This document shows, in pieces, positions 1-7,681 of a stretch of 28,021 bases of DNA (its first letter is position 1; each line of letters starts with the position of its first letter). The DNA is from an uncultured archaeon (GTDB lineage Archaea; Iainarchaeota; Iainarchaeia; Iainarchaeales; DTGL01), in contig CAZKED010000015.1 of NCBI GenBank assembly GCA_964551725.1, positions 1-28,021 of the forward strand, read 5' to 3'. The translations under genes and the position numbers were made by a program. Below the pieces are notes generated by a model that saw nothing but the letters and a program-made list of their open reading frames with translations, did no database searches and had not been told where the DNA came from.

Positions 1-599
1 CCGCTTGAAAGCCCTAATTCCCTGAAAAGGTATTTTATGTGCACATCGGGCTTGACAAATTCAGGGTAACCGTTTTCTTTTAAAAAATCGCAAGCCAAAG
101 CGAAACCATAGCCATGGATTTCTTCACTTAAAAGCAAAGGCAGGGCAACCCTTGTTTTTTCGTTGAGGTAAAAGGCTTCAACGAATTTGTTGAAATCTTC
201 AATTTCTTCAAAAGTTGAAACAAATTCTGCAATTGAAATAACGGACTTGCAGAACTGGGCCCAGTGGCTTTTCGGGGCGTTCTCAACCATTCTGCCCGGC
301 GGAGTGTACCCGCTTTTTTTGATTGCCCTAAACAATTCCTTCCAAGAACCGTATTCGCTGAGCACTTTTTTATAATTCCAGCCAAAAACCGATCCGGAGA
401 TTCTGTTGACTTCCCCAATGCTGTTTGGCATTCCCTGCCTGTTGGGCGCTTGTTCAACCATTCTCTTGAACAACTCATTCAAATCCTTTGGCTTTTTGCC
501 TTTCCAATAGTTCAAATGCTTGTTTAGAATCTCTCCATTTATTTCGGGAAAAGACAGGAGGTATTTCCTTGCCTCATTAAAAATTTCCATATTATTCAT
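1..599 (-). CDS. Hypothetical protein with HhH-GPD/DNA-glycosylase-like motif (runs off left edge)
   Basis: Not in the ORF track. Manual translation from ATG 599: MNNMEIFNEARKYLLSFPEI...EEIHGYGFALACDFLKENGYPEFVKPDVHIKYLFRELGLS, open to base 1. GxG-helix followed by KPDxH resembles the HhH-GPD superfamily. Confidence 0.65.
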   Translation of the reverse strand, partial: MNNMEIFNEARKYLLSFPEINGEILNKHLNYWKGKKPKDLNELFKRMVEQAPNRQGMPNSIGEVNRISGSVFGWNYKKVLSEYGSWKELFRAIKKSGYTPPGRMVENAPKSHWAQFCKSVISIAEFVSTFEEIEDFNKFVEAFYLNEKTRVALPLLLSEEIHGYGFALACDFLKENGYPEFVKPDVHIKYLFRELGLSS

Positions 600-713
600 A
601 AAAAATCTGCTTTTTCTTATTCAACATCCAAATCAATTGAAATTCCAATGAGAAAACCGTAAAAACCTTTTTTCCTGCACGCGGCTCCGCCTCCTGTTTT
701 GTTTTTAAGCCGG

Positions 714-1847
714 CTAGTAGTTTTCGAGTATGCGTGTGAGAACGCCTCTTTGGATTGCGAGTTTGTTGGTCCTGTTAGGGTTTGCTGCCGTGGCTATTTG
801 CCGGTCTAATCTGAGTATTTCCCTTTGAATTTGACCCGTGGGCTTTACAGCCCATATGTCCCATTTGGCGCTTGCAATTCTGTCCCTTTCCCTTTTAGAA
901 ACCGGCTTTATTTTTCCTTTCTGTGCATTGTTTGGAGGCGGCCTGAAAGGGTGCTCTTCAAGCCAGGCCTTCAATCCGGCGCGTTTTCTTTCCCTTCTGG
1001 CTTTCGCTCCGCTTACTTCAGTCAAGAGCAATTTCCTTTTTTTCGGGCCAACAGCATCCGCCAGGTCATGGACATCATCCCAAACAGTGCCAACGCTTTT
1101 GGCCAGACCCCGCTGTCTGAGAATTGCCAGAATCTGCTTATAGCTCAAGCGCCTTTTCACCCTCAAATCGTAAACAATGTTCATCCTGTAGGCCTTTCTA
1201 ATGTCGACTGCGCTGAGCCTTCTTCTCTTCCAGCTTCCCAGTTTTTTGGCTTTTTCCGGTCCAACGCTTGCCTTTAGAATGGCAACGTACCTTTCAATTC
1301 TTTCCCTGAACACTCTATCCGCTGCAAGGGACTGGGACAAGCCCGCCATTTTCATGTCATATATCCTGTTCAACCGGTAAGCGAATTCAAGTTCTCCCTC
1401 AGTCAGCTTTAATTTCCTTTCCCTTACTATTTTGCTTAGTTTTTTTGCCTTTTCCTCTGAAACCGATTCCCTGAGAATGTTCAAATATTCTGAAACGTAA
1501 GTTTCACCAAGCCCGACTATGCCCGCTATTTCCTCGTTTGTCCTTCCCGCCATTTTCAAGTCATAAACCTGGTTTAACTTGTAGGCCATTTCCATTTGCT
1601 TTTCTGTCAGTACGGGCCTGCCTTTAACCGAAAGCAGTTCCCTTTTTTCCTTTCCAACCGATTTCTTTAAGTCATCCAAATACCTTGTGACAGCGGAAGG
1701 ACTTCTTTGAATCAGTTCGGCAATGGCCCGGTTGCAGTATTTCTGCATTTTTAAGTCGTACGTTTTATTCATTGCATAAGCCATGTCAAGGGTTCGCCTT
1801 GTTAGCTTAAGCCTCTTTGACGTTTTAATCCTTTTGGGATTAGCCAT
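714..1847 (-). CDS. Basic protein with four tandem ~60-65 aa HTH-like repeats
   Basis: Repeat unit L(T/S)xxxxxxAYxxNxxYD(L/M)(K/R)...V(G/S)xEK occurs four times. ATG 1847 chosen because it lies 23 nt from the recurrent motif. Confidence 0.8.
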   Translation of the reverse strand: MANPKRIKTSKRLKLTRRTLDMAYAMNKTYDLKMQKYCNRAIAELIQRSPSAVTRYLDDLKKSVGKEKRELLSVKGRPVLTEKQMEMAYKLNQVYDLKMAGRTNEEIAGIVGLGETYVSEYLNILRESVSEEKAKKLSKIVRERKLKLTEGELEFAYRLNRIYDMKMAGLSQSLAADRVFRERIERYVAILKASVGPEKAKKLGSWKRRRLSAVDIRKAYRMNIVYDLRVKRRLSYKQILAILRQRGLAKSVGTVWDDVHDLADAVGPKKRKLLLTEVSGAKARRERKRAGLKAWLEEHPFRPPPNNAQKGKIKPVSKRERDRIASAKWDIWAVKPTGQIQREILRLDRQIATAANPNRTNKLAIQRGVLTRILENY

Positions 1848-1869
1848 AATACAATTAGTGCCGGGAGGA

Positions 1870-1883
1870 GAATTTAATTGTTT
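1870..1883 (-). promoter_or_regulatory. Recurrent motif copy (AAACAATTAAATTC on -), putative BRE/TATA
   Basis: Exact core, 23 nt upstream of ATG 1847. Confidence 0.7.
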
Positions 1884-1913
1884 TCCCAACCGCTACGCTT
1901 TCCGCCCCGCGGG

Positions 1914-1927
1914 GAATTTAATTGTTT
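1914..1927 (-). repeat. Recurrent motif copy with no cognate gene, inside a GC stem
   Basis: Exact core only 44 bp from the previous copy, flanked by CCCGCG-GGGAA ... TTCCC-GGG-CGCGGG. Confidence 0.7.
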
Positions 1928-1948
1928 TCCCGGGCGCGGGCGTTGAAG

Positions 1949-2854
1949 TCAGGCCACTCTTTCCACGCGCGTGGGACTTATTTTCCTGAATATTGCGAAT
2001 TCGTCGCCTTTCCTTTTCCCGCCGCCTATTACAATGAGACCCCCTTCCCTCACGTCAGCCATCGCGTGCCTTATAAGGCTTTCCGCACGCTCCCTTTCGT
2101 AATAGGGGAGAACCCAGCCAAGCCTTACGACATCGGCCTTGCGGTAGCGCCACAGGTAAGAGCGCTCCCTTAAATCGTGCTCTGCAAGCGCGACCCTTGT
2201 CCCCCTTGTCTTGTTCGCTGCTTCCAGTTGCACTTTTCTGTCGGTTGCAATAACGTGGGGATTAAAGCCTTCGGCGCGAAGCGCTTTTTCCATGAAAACG
2301 GAGTACTCTCCTGTTCCAGTGCCGTAATCAATAATAACCGGGTTCTCGATTCCCATTGACTTCATTTCGCCAATCAATGCATCGGTCATTGCCGCAAAGC
2401 GTTTGCCGCTGGAAACATGCGGAAAATAATCGGCAATCATTTCAACCAATTCCTCCCTCAAGGCAGCGTCCTCAAGTGCCCTGCCTAACCCCGCGACTGA
2501 TTTCCCTATTTTGTGCTTTTGGGAAAAAGCAATCACGGACTTAGCGATTCCCTGTATTTCGCCCTCCACTCTGAGGCTTATTCCTGAGCCCCTCCGGTTC
2601 TTCCTCTTGAACGATTCCCTCAAAACAGACCTGAAACTCTCAAGTTCCATGAGCCTTGCCATGCGCCTGTAAGCCCGTGCCTTTGAACCCCTGAAGTGAC
2701 GTTCAAAAAACCTCATCTGGGTTTCAAGGAGGGTTTTCCCCCTCCGCCCGCCCTCCATTCTCAGGCGGGCTTCGTAATTCCTCTTCCTCTGCGCTCTTGA
2801 AATGCACCACTTGGAAATCTGCTTAACAGCATTACCGCGAACAAGTGCAGGCAT
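1949..2854 (-). CDS. Class I SAM-dependent methyltransferase with long Arg-rich N-terminal extension
   Basis: Motif I IIDYGTGTG, then ATD, EHDL, ADVV and EGGLIVI in the C-terminal half. Confidence 0.8.
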   Translation of the reverse strand: MPALVRGNAVKQISKWCISRAQRKRNYEARLRMEGGRRGKTLLETQMRFFERHFRGSKARAYRRMARLMELESFRSVLRESFKRKNRRGSGISLRVEGEIQGIAKSVIAFSQKHKIGKSVAGLGRALEDAALREELVEMIADYFPHVSSGKRFAAMTDALIGEMKSMGIENPVIIDYGTGTGEYSVFMEKALRAEGFNPHVIATDRKVQLEAANKTRGTRVALAEHDLRERSYLWRYRKADVVRLGWVLPYYERERAESLIRHAMADVREGGLIVIGGGKRKGDEFAIFRKISPTRVERVA

Positions 2855-2876
2855 AAAAACAATTAGTGCCGGGAGA

Positions 2877-2890
2877 GAATTTAATTGTTT
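2877..2890 (-). promoter_or_regulatory. Recurrent motif copy
   Basis: Exact core 23 nt from ATG 2854. 2859-2890 is near-identical to 1851-1883 (one indel). Confidence 0.7.
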
Positions 2891-2912
2891 CGGGGGCTGC
2901 TTGGGTTTTGGG

Positions 2913-2955
2913 ATATGACTACATCTCCGTTATATTTAAAAGGATGTAGTCATAT
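2913..2955. promoter_or_regulatory. 13-bp perfect inverted repeat around the fic TATA box (likely operator)
   Basis: ATATGACTACATC-n17-GATGTAGTCATAT, with TTATATTTAAA in the spacer. Confidence 0.7.
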
Positions 2956-2992
2956 GTATTTGTTACGGTTTAGTTTGTTGGTGTTTTTTGTT

Positions 2993-3910
2993 ATGGTGTT
3001 TGTTGAGGAGAGAAAGAAGGGAAAGCACGTCCAGTACTATTTGGCAAAGACCTACAGGGAAAAGGGCAAAGTGAAAAAAAAGGCTGTCTTCCTCGGAACC
3101 GATTTAAGCCCGGTGCAATTAGAGAAACTGGCTGCGGATGCGAGAGTGGAACTGGGCGAGATAGACTTTGACAGGGTTCTGGGCAGGAAGGAAAAAGCGG
3201 AATTTGAAGCGCTCAGGAAAGGGCTCAACAAGAGAATCGGCGAGATGGCTGCAAAGGACTTCTACCGGCACTTCCTTACAGAATACACCTATGACTCGAA
3301 TGCCATTGAAGGGTCCAGTCTCACGCTTGAGGAAACAGGCAATGTTCTTTTCGAAGGAATTTCCCCGAAAAACAAGCCATTGAAGCACGTGCAGGAAGCG
3401 AAAAACCACAAAGACGCTTTTGACTACGTCATGGGGCTGAAGCAGGAAGGGCTTGCCCAGGGCACGATTTGCAGGGTGCAGGAAAAAGTGGTAAAAAACA
3501 CGCTGGAAGCACACCTTAAAAAGTTCAAGGGAAAGCTCAGGGAAGTCAATGTAAGAGTTGGAACGCACATCGCCCCGCCCTACTATTCCGTTCCAAGGAA
3601 GCTCGGCGCACTGATTAAATGGTACAACGCAAACAGAAAAAAACACCATCCAGTGATTGTGGCGGCTTACTTCCACGCGGAATTCGAGGGCATTCACCCA
3701 TTCGTGGACGGCAACGGCAGGACGGGAAGGCTCTTAATGAACTTCATGCTGAAAAAAGCGGGTTTTCCGCCGATAACCATTTTCTTCAAGTACAGGGCGG
3801 AATACTACCAGGCGCTCGAAAAAGCGAGAAGGAAAAAAAACCTCAAGCCGCTGATTAAAATAATGAAAAAATGCTACAAGGACATGCTGGAAGCATACAA
3901 ACCGGAATGA
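2993..3910 (+). CDS. fic: Fic family protein (class II-like)
   Basis: Canonical HPFVDGNGRTGR motif and upstream inhibitory motif SNAIEG. ATG 2993 preferred over the TTG at 2885. Confidence 0.93.
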   Translation: MVFVEERKKGKHVQYYLAKTYREKGKVKKKAVFLGTDLSPVQLEKLAADARVELGEIDFDRVLGRKEKAEFEALRKGLNKRIGEMAAKDFYRHFLTEYTYDSNAIEGSSLTLEETGNVLFEGISPKNKPLKHVQEAKNHKDAFDYVMGLKQEGLAQGTICRVQEKVVKNTLEAHLKKFKGKLREVNVRVGTHIAPPYYSVPRKLGALIKWYNANRKKHHPVIVAAYFHAEFEGIHPFVDGNGRTGRLLMNFMLKKAGFPPITIFFKYRAEYYQALEKARRKKNLKPLIKIMKKCYKDMLEAYKPE

Positions 3911-3924
3911 ACCCCCTTACCGGG

Positions 3925-3938
3925 GAATTTAATTGTTT
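3925..3938 (-). repeat. Recurrent motif copy facing the 3' end of fic (no cognate gene)
   Basis: Exact core 15 nt after the fic stop, with imperfect stem 3910-3949. Confidence 0.7.
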
Positions 3939-3982
3939 TCCCGAGGGTTGCGTTTTTTGCTCGGTTTTGGGAAAGCGGGTTT

Positions 3983-4261
3983 TCACAACGGCCAGGGCCG
4001 CGGTTTTTCCCGCCTCGTTTTTTTTCGCCTGCCTTCAGTTATTGGACCCCTGGACCCTGTCATTTCTTCCCTTCCTGCCTTTCCTGTGGGCTTGGAGCTC
4101 CAGCCCATTTCTCTTTTTTTCCCGAGGAACCTGAATTCAACGTTTGACTTGCCCAAACGCCTTCTGACAGGCTTTTGCTCTCTTGGAGGTCTTTTCGGAA
4201 GCGGTCTGCTGTCCGGCGGTCTCGCTCCCGCGCCTCCGCCCGGGTGTTTCTTAAACGGCAT
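3983..4261 (-). CDS. Small Arg/Lys/Pro-rich hypothetical protein
   Basis: 92-aa ORF with GGTGA RBS before ATG 4261 and a degenerate motif copy at 4294-4307. Confidence 0.55.
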   Translation of the reverse strand: MPFKKHPGGGAGARPPDSRPLPKRPPREQKPVRRRLGKSNVEFRFLGKKREMGWSSKPTGKAGREEMTGSRGPITEGRRKKTRREKPRPWPL

Positions 4262-4318
4262 CAAACATCACCACTACAATTGGCACGTTTCAGGTTATTA
4301 ATGGTTTCGGGGGATTGG

Positions 4319-4582
4319 CTACTGCTTGCTTAGCCACTTCTCGTACTGCTTGTGGGTTCCAGCAAACATTACAATGCGGGCTTTTCCCTTTTCCTCAAAG
4401 CAGATTCTGTACTGGCCTGTTTCCAGCACGAAAAATGGAACCCCCTTTTTCAAATGCCTTGCGCTGGGGCGCGTTTTTAAGGACTGGATTTTCTTCCAAA
4501 TCCGTGCCTGCTGGGATTTGTCCATTTTTGCGAAGAACCTATCCCAGCCATCGGCATAATCAAGCCTGAACAAGGCAATCAC
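4319..4582 (-). CDS. RelE/ParE family toxin
   Basis: 87 aa, FFAKMDKSQQARIWKKI...GQYRICF...FAGTH pattern. 4-bp overlap with the upstream antitoxin. Confidence 0.8.
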   Translation of the reverse strand: MIALFRLDYADGWDRFFAKMDKSQQARIWKKIQSLKTRPSARHLKKGVPFFVLETGQYRICFEEKGKARIVMFAGTHKQYEKWLSKQ

Positions 4583-4845
4583 TTGAAACCGTACTTCTTC
4601 TTCACCTGCGCTTCGGTGAAGACCTTTCTCTTGCCCTTCTTGATTTCCCTGCTGATTTTAGCCATCTTCCTCGCGGCAAGCTCGTCCTCCAAATCCGCAA
4701 TGCTCTCAAAAACCTTGTACTCCTTTCCCAGCTCAAGCAAGCCGGCGCGGATAGCCTCGCTCCTGGTTTTGAAAACACCGAGCTCGGTAAGCCTGTCCAG
4801 GATAACCTCCTGAACGCCCTCAAACCTAACCAAAGTTTCACCCAT
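4579..4845 (-). CDS. Ribbon-helix-helix (CopG-like) antitoxin
   Basis: LDRLTELGVFKTRSEAIRAGL RHH signature, AGGTGA RBS. Confidence 0.82.
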   Translation of the reverse strand: MGETLVRFEGVQEVILDRLTELGVFKTRSEAIRAGLLELGKEYKVFESIADLEDELAARKMAKISREIKKGKRKVFTEAQVKKKYGFK

Positions 4846-4890
4846 TAATATCACCTATCAAATAGATATCAAAAAGATATATAAATATAT

Positions 4891-4924
4891 CGCGCGCTTT
4901 TTCCCTTCCCGGAAAAAACGCGCG
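4891..4924. terminator. GC-clamped hairpin downstream of the TSUP gene
   Basis: CGCGCGcTTTTTCC-loop-GGAAAAAaCGCGCG, 13 of 14 pairs. Confidence 0.35.
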
Positions 4925-4946
4925 CACCCGCTACGTTTCCCGCTGT

Positions 4947-5693
4947 TTAGAGCAGTATCAGCGCCAGCCCTGCCGCGAGAGCGAACGCGGCGAATAAGCG
5001 TTTGAGCCATTTGTTTCCTGTTTTGATTGCTGTGTGGGCGCCGATGTAGCCGCCGGAGGCCATTCCGATTAAGAGGATGATTCCTGTGGGGTAGTTGATT
5101 ATTCCACCGAGTGCGAAAACGGAAACAGAGGCAATGCAGTACACGAAGCCCGGGAGTGTGGTGGTTGCAAGCACCTCGATGAGCGTGAAGCCGAGGAAGA
5201 GCGTGAGCGCGTAGAAGACGAGGATTCCAACTCCCTGCCCGAAAAAGCTCCCGAACACGATTATAACAAAAGCCACCGCGAGGCCAAGCGCTTTTCGCAG
5301 GCGCGAGTGCTCCAAGTGGATTGTGCCGATGCCCTTCTTTAAGAAAAGGAAAGGGAGCACGGCGAGCAGGAAAACTCCGACAGCCCATTTTGGGAGAGCG
5401 GAGCCGACTGAAACAAGCAAGCCAGCGCCGGCCAGGGAAGCAACCAGGCTGATTGCAGCGAGAATTGGAACATACCTCCAGAGGATGTGCTTTTCCTTGC
5501 GGTATCTCAGGAAAGCAGCGCTTGACCTGCCGAGCGCGCCGAACCTGTCGGTTGCAATAGCAACATGCGGCGGCAATCCGAGGAATACAAGCGATGGAAT
5601 GGAAACAAACCCGCCAGCGTTCAGCACGGAATCAAAAAAGCCGGTCGCAATCCCAACCAAAAAAACAAGCGCGAAAAAGACCGGTTCAGGCAT
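4947..5693 (-). CDS. Sulfite exporter TauE/SafE (TSUP) family membrane protein
   Basis: GFFDSVLNAGGFVSIP.L...GLPPHVAIATD and GGYIGAH motifs, multiple TM segments. Confidence 0.9.
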   Translation of the reverse strand: MPEPVFFALVFLVGIATGFFDSVLNAGGFVSIPSLVFLGLPPHVAIATDRFGALGRSSAAFLRYRKEKHILWRYVPILAAISLVASLAGAGLLVSVGSALPKWAVGVFLLAVLPFLFLKKGIGTIHLEHSRLRKALGLAVAFVIIVFGSFFGQGVGILVFYALTLFLGFTLIEVLATTTLPGFVYCIASVSVFALGGIINYPTGIILLIGMASGGYIGAHTAIKTGNKWLKRLFAAFALAAGLALILL

Positions 5694-5822
5694 GCAAGAA
5701 AACCTCAATGGAAGAAAAGCGGCGCCGGCGTTTTTCTGCTAAGAGAGTTGGTTGAATTCCGAAGAATCCGCTCAACAAAACGCCGGAGCCAATGGAATTA
5801 GTGCTGGATAGGGTTAAAAGGC

Positions 5823-6008
5823 TTATTTCCTGGTTTGGTGCCGGATTCTCCAGCGGTCAAGCACGTAGTCTTTTAGGGTGCCTATTTCAGCGCGAAGCCT
5901 TGACTGCCCTTTACGCCTTCCCAAAGAGCGTTCTCTGTAGCCACTGAAAACCCAGCCTTGGCCCCGCGCTCTGAGTCCTGCTTCCTTGAACAATCTTCTC
6001 CTGCGCAT
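5823..6008 (-). CDS. Small Arg-rich hypothetical protein (61 aa)
   Basis: MRRRRLFKEAG..., ATG 21 nt from the motif copy at 6029. Confidence 0.5.
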   Translation of the reverse strand: MRRRRLFKEAGLRARGQGWVFSGYRERSLGRRKGQSRLRAEIGTLKDYVLDRWRIRHQTRK

Positions 6009-6028
6009 AAGTAAATAATGCAAAGAGG

Positions 6029-6042
6029 GAATTTAATGGTTT
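6029..6042 (-). promoter_or_regulatory. Recurrent motif copy (GAATTTAATGGTTT) containing the HEPN stop codon
   Basis: One mismatch to the core. TAA of the HEPN ORF lies at 6033-6035. Confidence 0.65.
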
Positions 6043-6485
6043 CGGGGGGTTGACTGTTTTTCTTTCAGGAGTTTTTGGGTTTTTTTGAGGAATTCCCTTG
6101 CCTGGCTTAGGGTGTGCTCTGCTTCTTGTTTGGAAGCCTTGGATTCAAGGCCGTACAATGCCTCGTGCCTCTCGATTCTGGCATTGTTCAGGGTGGAAAG
6201 AAACTTTGGGTCGAGCCTGCCTGTTTTGACGAACCTTTCTCTCAAAAATTCCTTTACGCAGATGTGGCTCTTTTCCCTGAAGCCGACTTTGAAAAGGAGA
6301 GCGCGGGCAGCGTAAAACATTGCAGTATAGGAAAGGATAACGGTTCCGGAAAAAACCTCTGCCTCAAAGGAAATCTCAGCGTCAAGCAGGCGCTCCCTTG
6401 CGGTTTGCAGTGCAATCAGTGCCTTCTCCCTGTCAGGCCGCGCCTTTATCAGCAGGCGCTTTCTGATGCATTCGCGAAAATCCAA
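6033..6485 (-). CDS. HEPN domain protein (UPF0332-like)
   Basis: SYTAMFYAARALL...KSH...RHEALY pattern, downstream of MNT. Confidence 0.88.
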   Translation of the reverse strand: MDFRECIRKRLLIKARPDREKALIALQTARERLLDAEISFEAEVFSGTVILSYTAMFYAARALLFKVGFREKSHICVKEFLRERFVKTGRLDPKFLSTLNNARIERHEALYGLESKASKQEAEHTLSQAREFLKKTQKLLKEKQSTPRNH

Positions 6486-6495
6486 TCACTCCACC

Positions 6496-7038
6496 TCATA
6501 AAAGGGGCATCTCCCCAAAGAGCAGTATTCCGTCCAGCAGAATTTCCCTGTAAAAGGGGGCGTCCTTCTCCTTTTTCCCAGCCCACGCTGCAGGGGAAAA
6601 AACAAGGAGATTGATTTTTCTCTTGAGTTTCCCCTCAAATCTCTCCAGCGAAGGACTCTTTTTGCTGGAAACGGCGAGAATATCCAAATCGCTTTTTTTA
6701 TCATCCTCGCCCCTTGCAGCGCTACCAAACAATACAAGCGAAGAAGGCCTCAATTCTGCGGACAGAAATTCAACCAAGCCACTCTTTCCAAGGGAGTAAA
6801 CAGACAATGCTCTCTTGAACTGCTTGAATGCTGGCTTTTCCCTGTTTGCCCAGAAAACAACCTGGTTGCCGCGCTTCTTCCTGGCAAGAAAACCCTCCGA
6901 ATGCAAAACGTCAGCATGCCTCTTGGCACTGAAAGCGCTCACCCCTGTCTCCTTCGCAATCTGCCTCAGGTAGAACTCACTGAAAGGGTTCTCCAAAAAA
7001 AGCTCCAAAACGCGGATTGCCGCATACTCCTCAAACAT
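6496..7038 (-). CDS. wHTH + minimal nucleotidyltransferase (MNT) antitoxin
   Basis: LFGSAARGEDDKKSDLDIL motif and N-terminal FYLRQIAKETGVS HTH. Confidence 0.9.
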   Translation of the reverse strand: MFEEYAAIRVLELFLENPFSEFYLRQIAKETGVSAFSAKRHADVLHSEGFLARKKRGNQVVFWANREKPAFKQFKRALSVYSLGKSGLVEFLSAELRPSSLVLFGSAARGEDDKKSDLDILAVSSKKSPSLERFEGKLKRKINLLVFSPAAWAGKKEKDAPFYREILLDGILLFGEMPLL

Positions 7039-7047
7039 TAAAACCAC

Positions 7048-7109
7048 AAAACAATTGTTTTTTTAAAAAAACAATCGTTATTTAGAAATAACAGTATCGG
7101 TTGTTATTT
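7048..7109. promoter_or_regulatory. Cluster of palindromes upstream of MNT/HEPN (putative operators)
   Basis: AAAACAATTGTTTT (7048-7061), ATTG-T7-A7-CAAT (7054-7075), AAATAACA-n8-TGTTATTT (7086-7109). Confidence 0.55.
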
Positions 7110-7128
7110 TAAATATAACCCATCAAGG

Positions 7129-7142
7129 GAATTTAATGGTTT
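7129..7142 (-). repeat. Recurrent motif copy at the upstream border of the MNT/HEPN module
   Basis: GGGAATTTAATGGTTTCG, identical to the 6029 copy. 91 nt from the MNT ATG, not at the usual spacing. Confidence 0.65.
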
Positions 7143-7199
7143 CGCCGGAACGCGGCTTTTGCTTGCAACGGCATTATGGCCTCGAATTCATTAATTCCT

Positions 7200-7621
7200 T
7201 CACTGCATCAATTCCTTCACTGTTTCCCTGAAATTCCTTGTTTTTGGCTGCTTTAAAAGCAGTTCAAGTTTCTTCCGGTTTATTCCCGCGCCGAGCAATG
7301 CGGATATGTCTTTTTTGTCTTTTGCAATCTTGGACTTCAGCCTCTGTCTTGTAATTTTTGAAAGATTCGCCCAAGTGCGCAGCTTGTACTGCCTGTCCTT
7401 CAATGCAGCCATTTTGTACAACAGCAATACTTCTATTTCGGGCACCCTTGCACTTGCCTTTTCTCCCGGGAGCCATTCAACACCGTGCTTTTCCGCAAGC
7501 CTCCAGGGAATTTCAACGGATTTATTGAAAGCAAGCCGGTTTTTGCTGTTTAAAGTGAAAACGTCAACCTCGATTCCGCTTTTTTGCCCCCCGAATACGG
7601 GTTAAGGCGCCTGCGCACCAT
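7200..7621 (-). pseudogene. Frameshifted/truncated nucleotidyltransferase-like gene
   Basis: ATG 7621 (23 nt from motif 7644-7657) reads MVRRRLNPYSGGKK and stops early. The -1 frame reads GIEVDVF...VPEIEVLLLYK...KDKKDISALL, resembling the C-terminal part of 8887..9504. Confidence 0.55.
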
Positions 7622-7643
7622 AAGAACAATTAGCGCGGAGAGG

Positions 7644-7657
7644 GAATTTAATTATTT
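7644..7657 (-). promoter_or_regulatory. Recurrent motif copy (GAATTTAATTATTT)
   Basis: One mismatch, 23 nt from ATG 7621. Confidence 0.65.
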
Positions 7658-7681
7658 TCCCACGGCTGGCTTTTGTTCTCC

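Noticed and set aside
128-527. ORFs 128..478, 187..375, 264..527
   Set aside because: They overlap the better minus-strand ORF starting at 599.
2885-2992. N-terminal extension of Fic from TTG 2885
   Set aside because: It runs through the repeat motif and the fic promoter/operator; ATG 2993 is more plausible.
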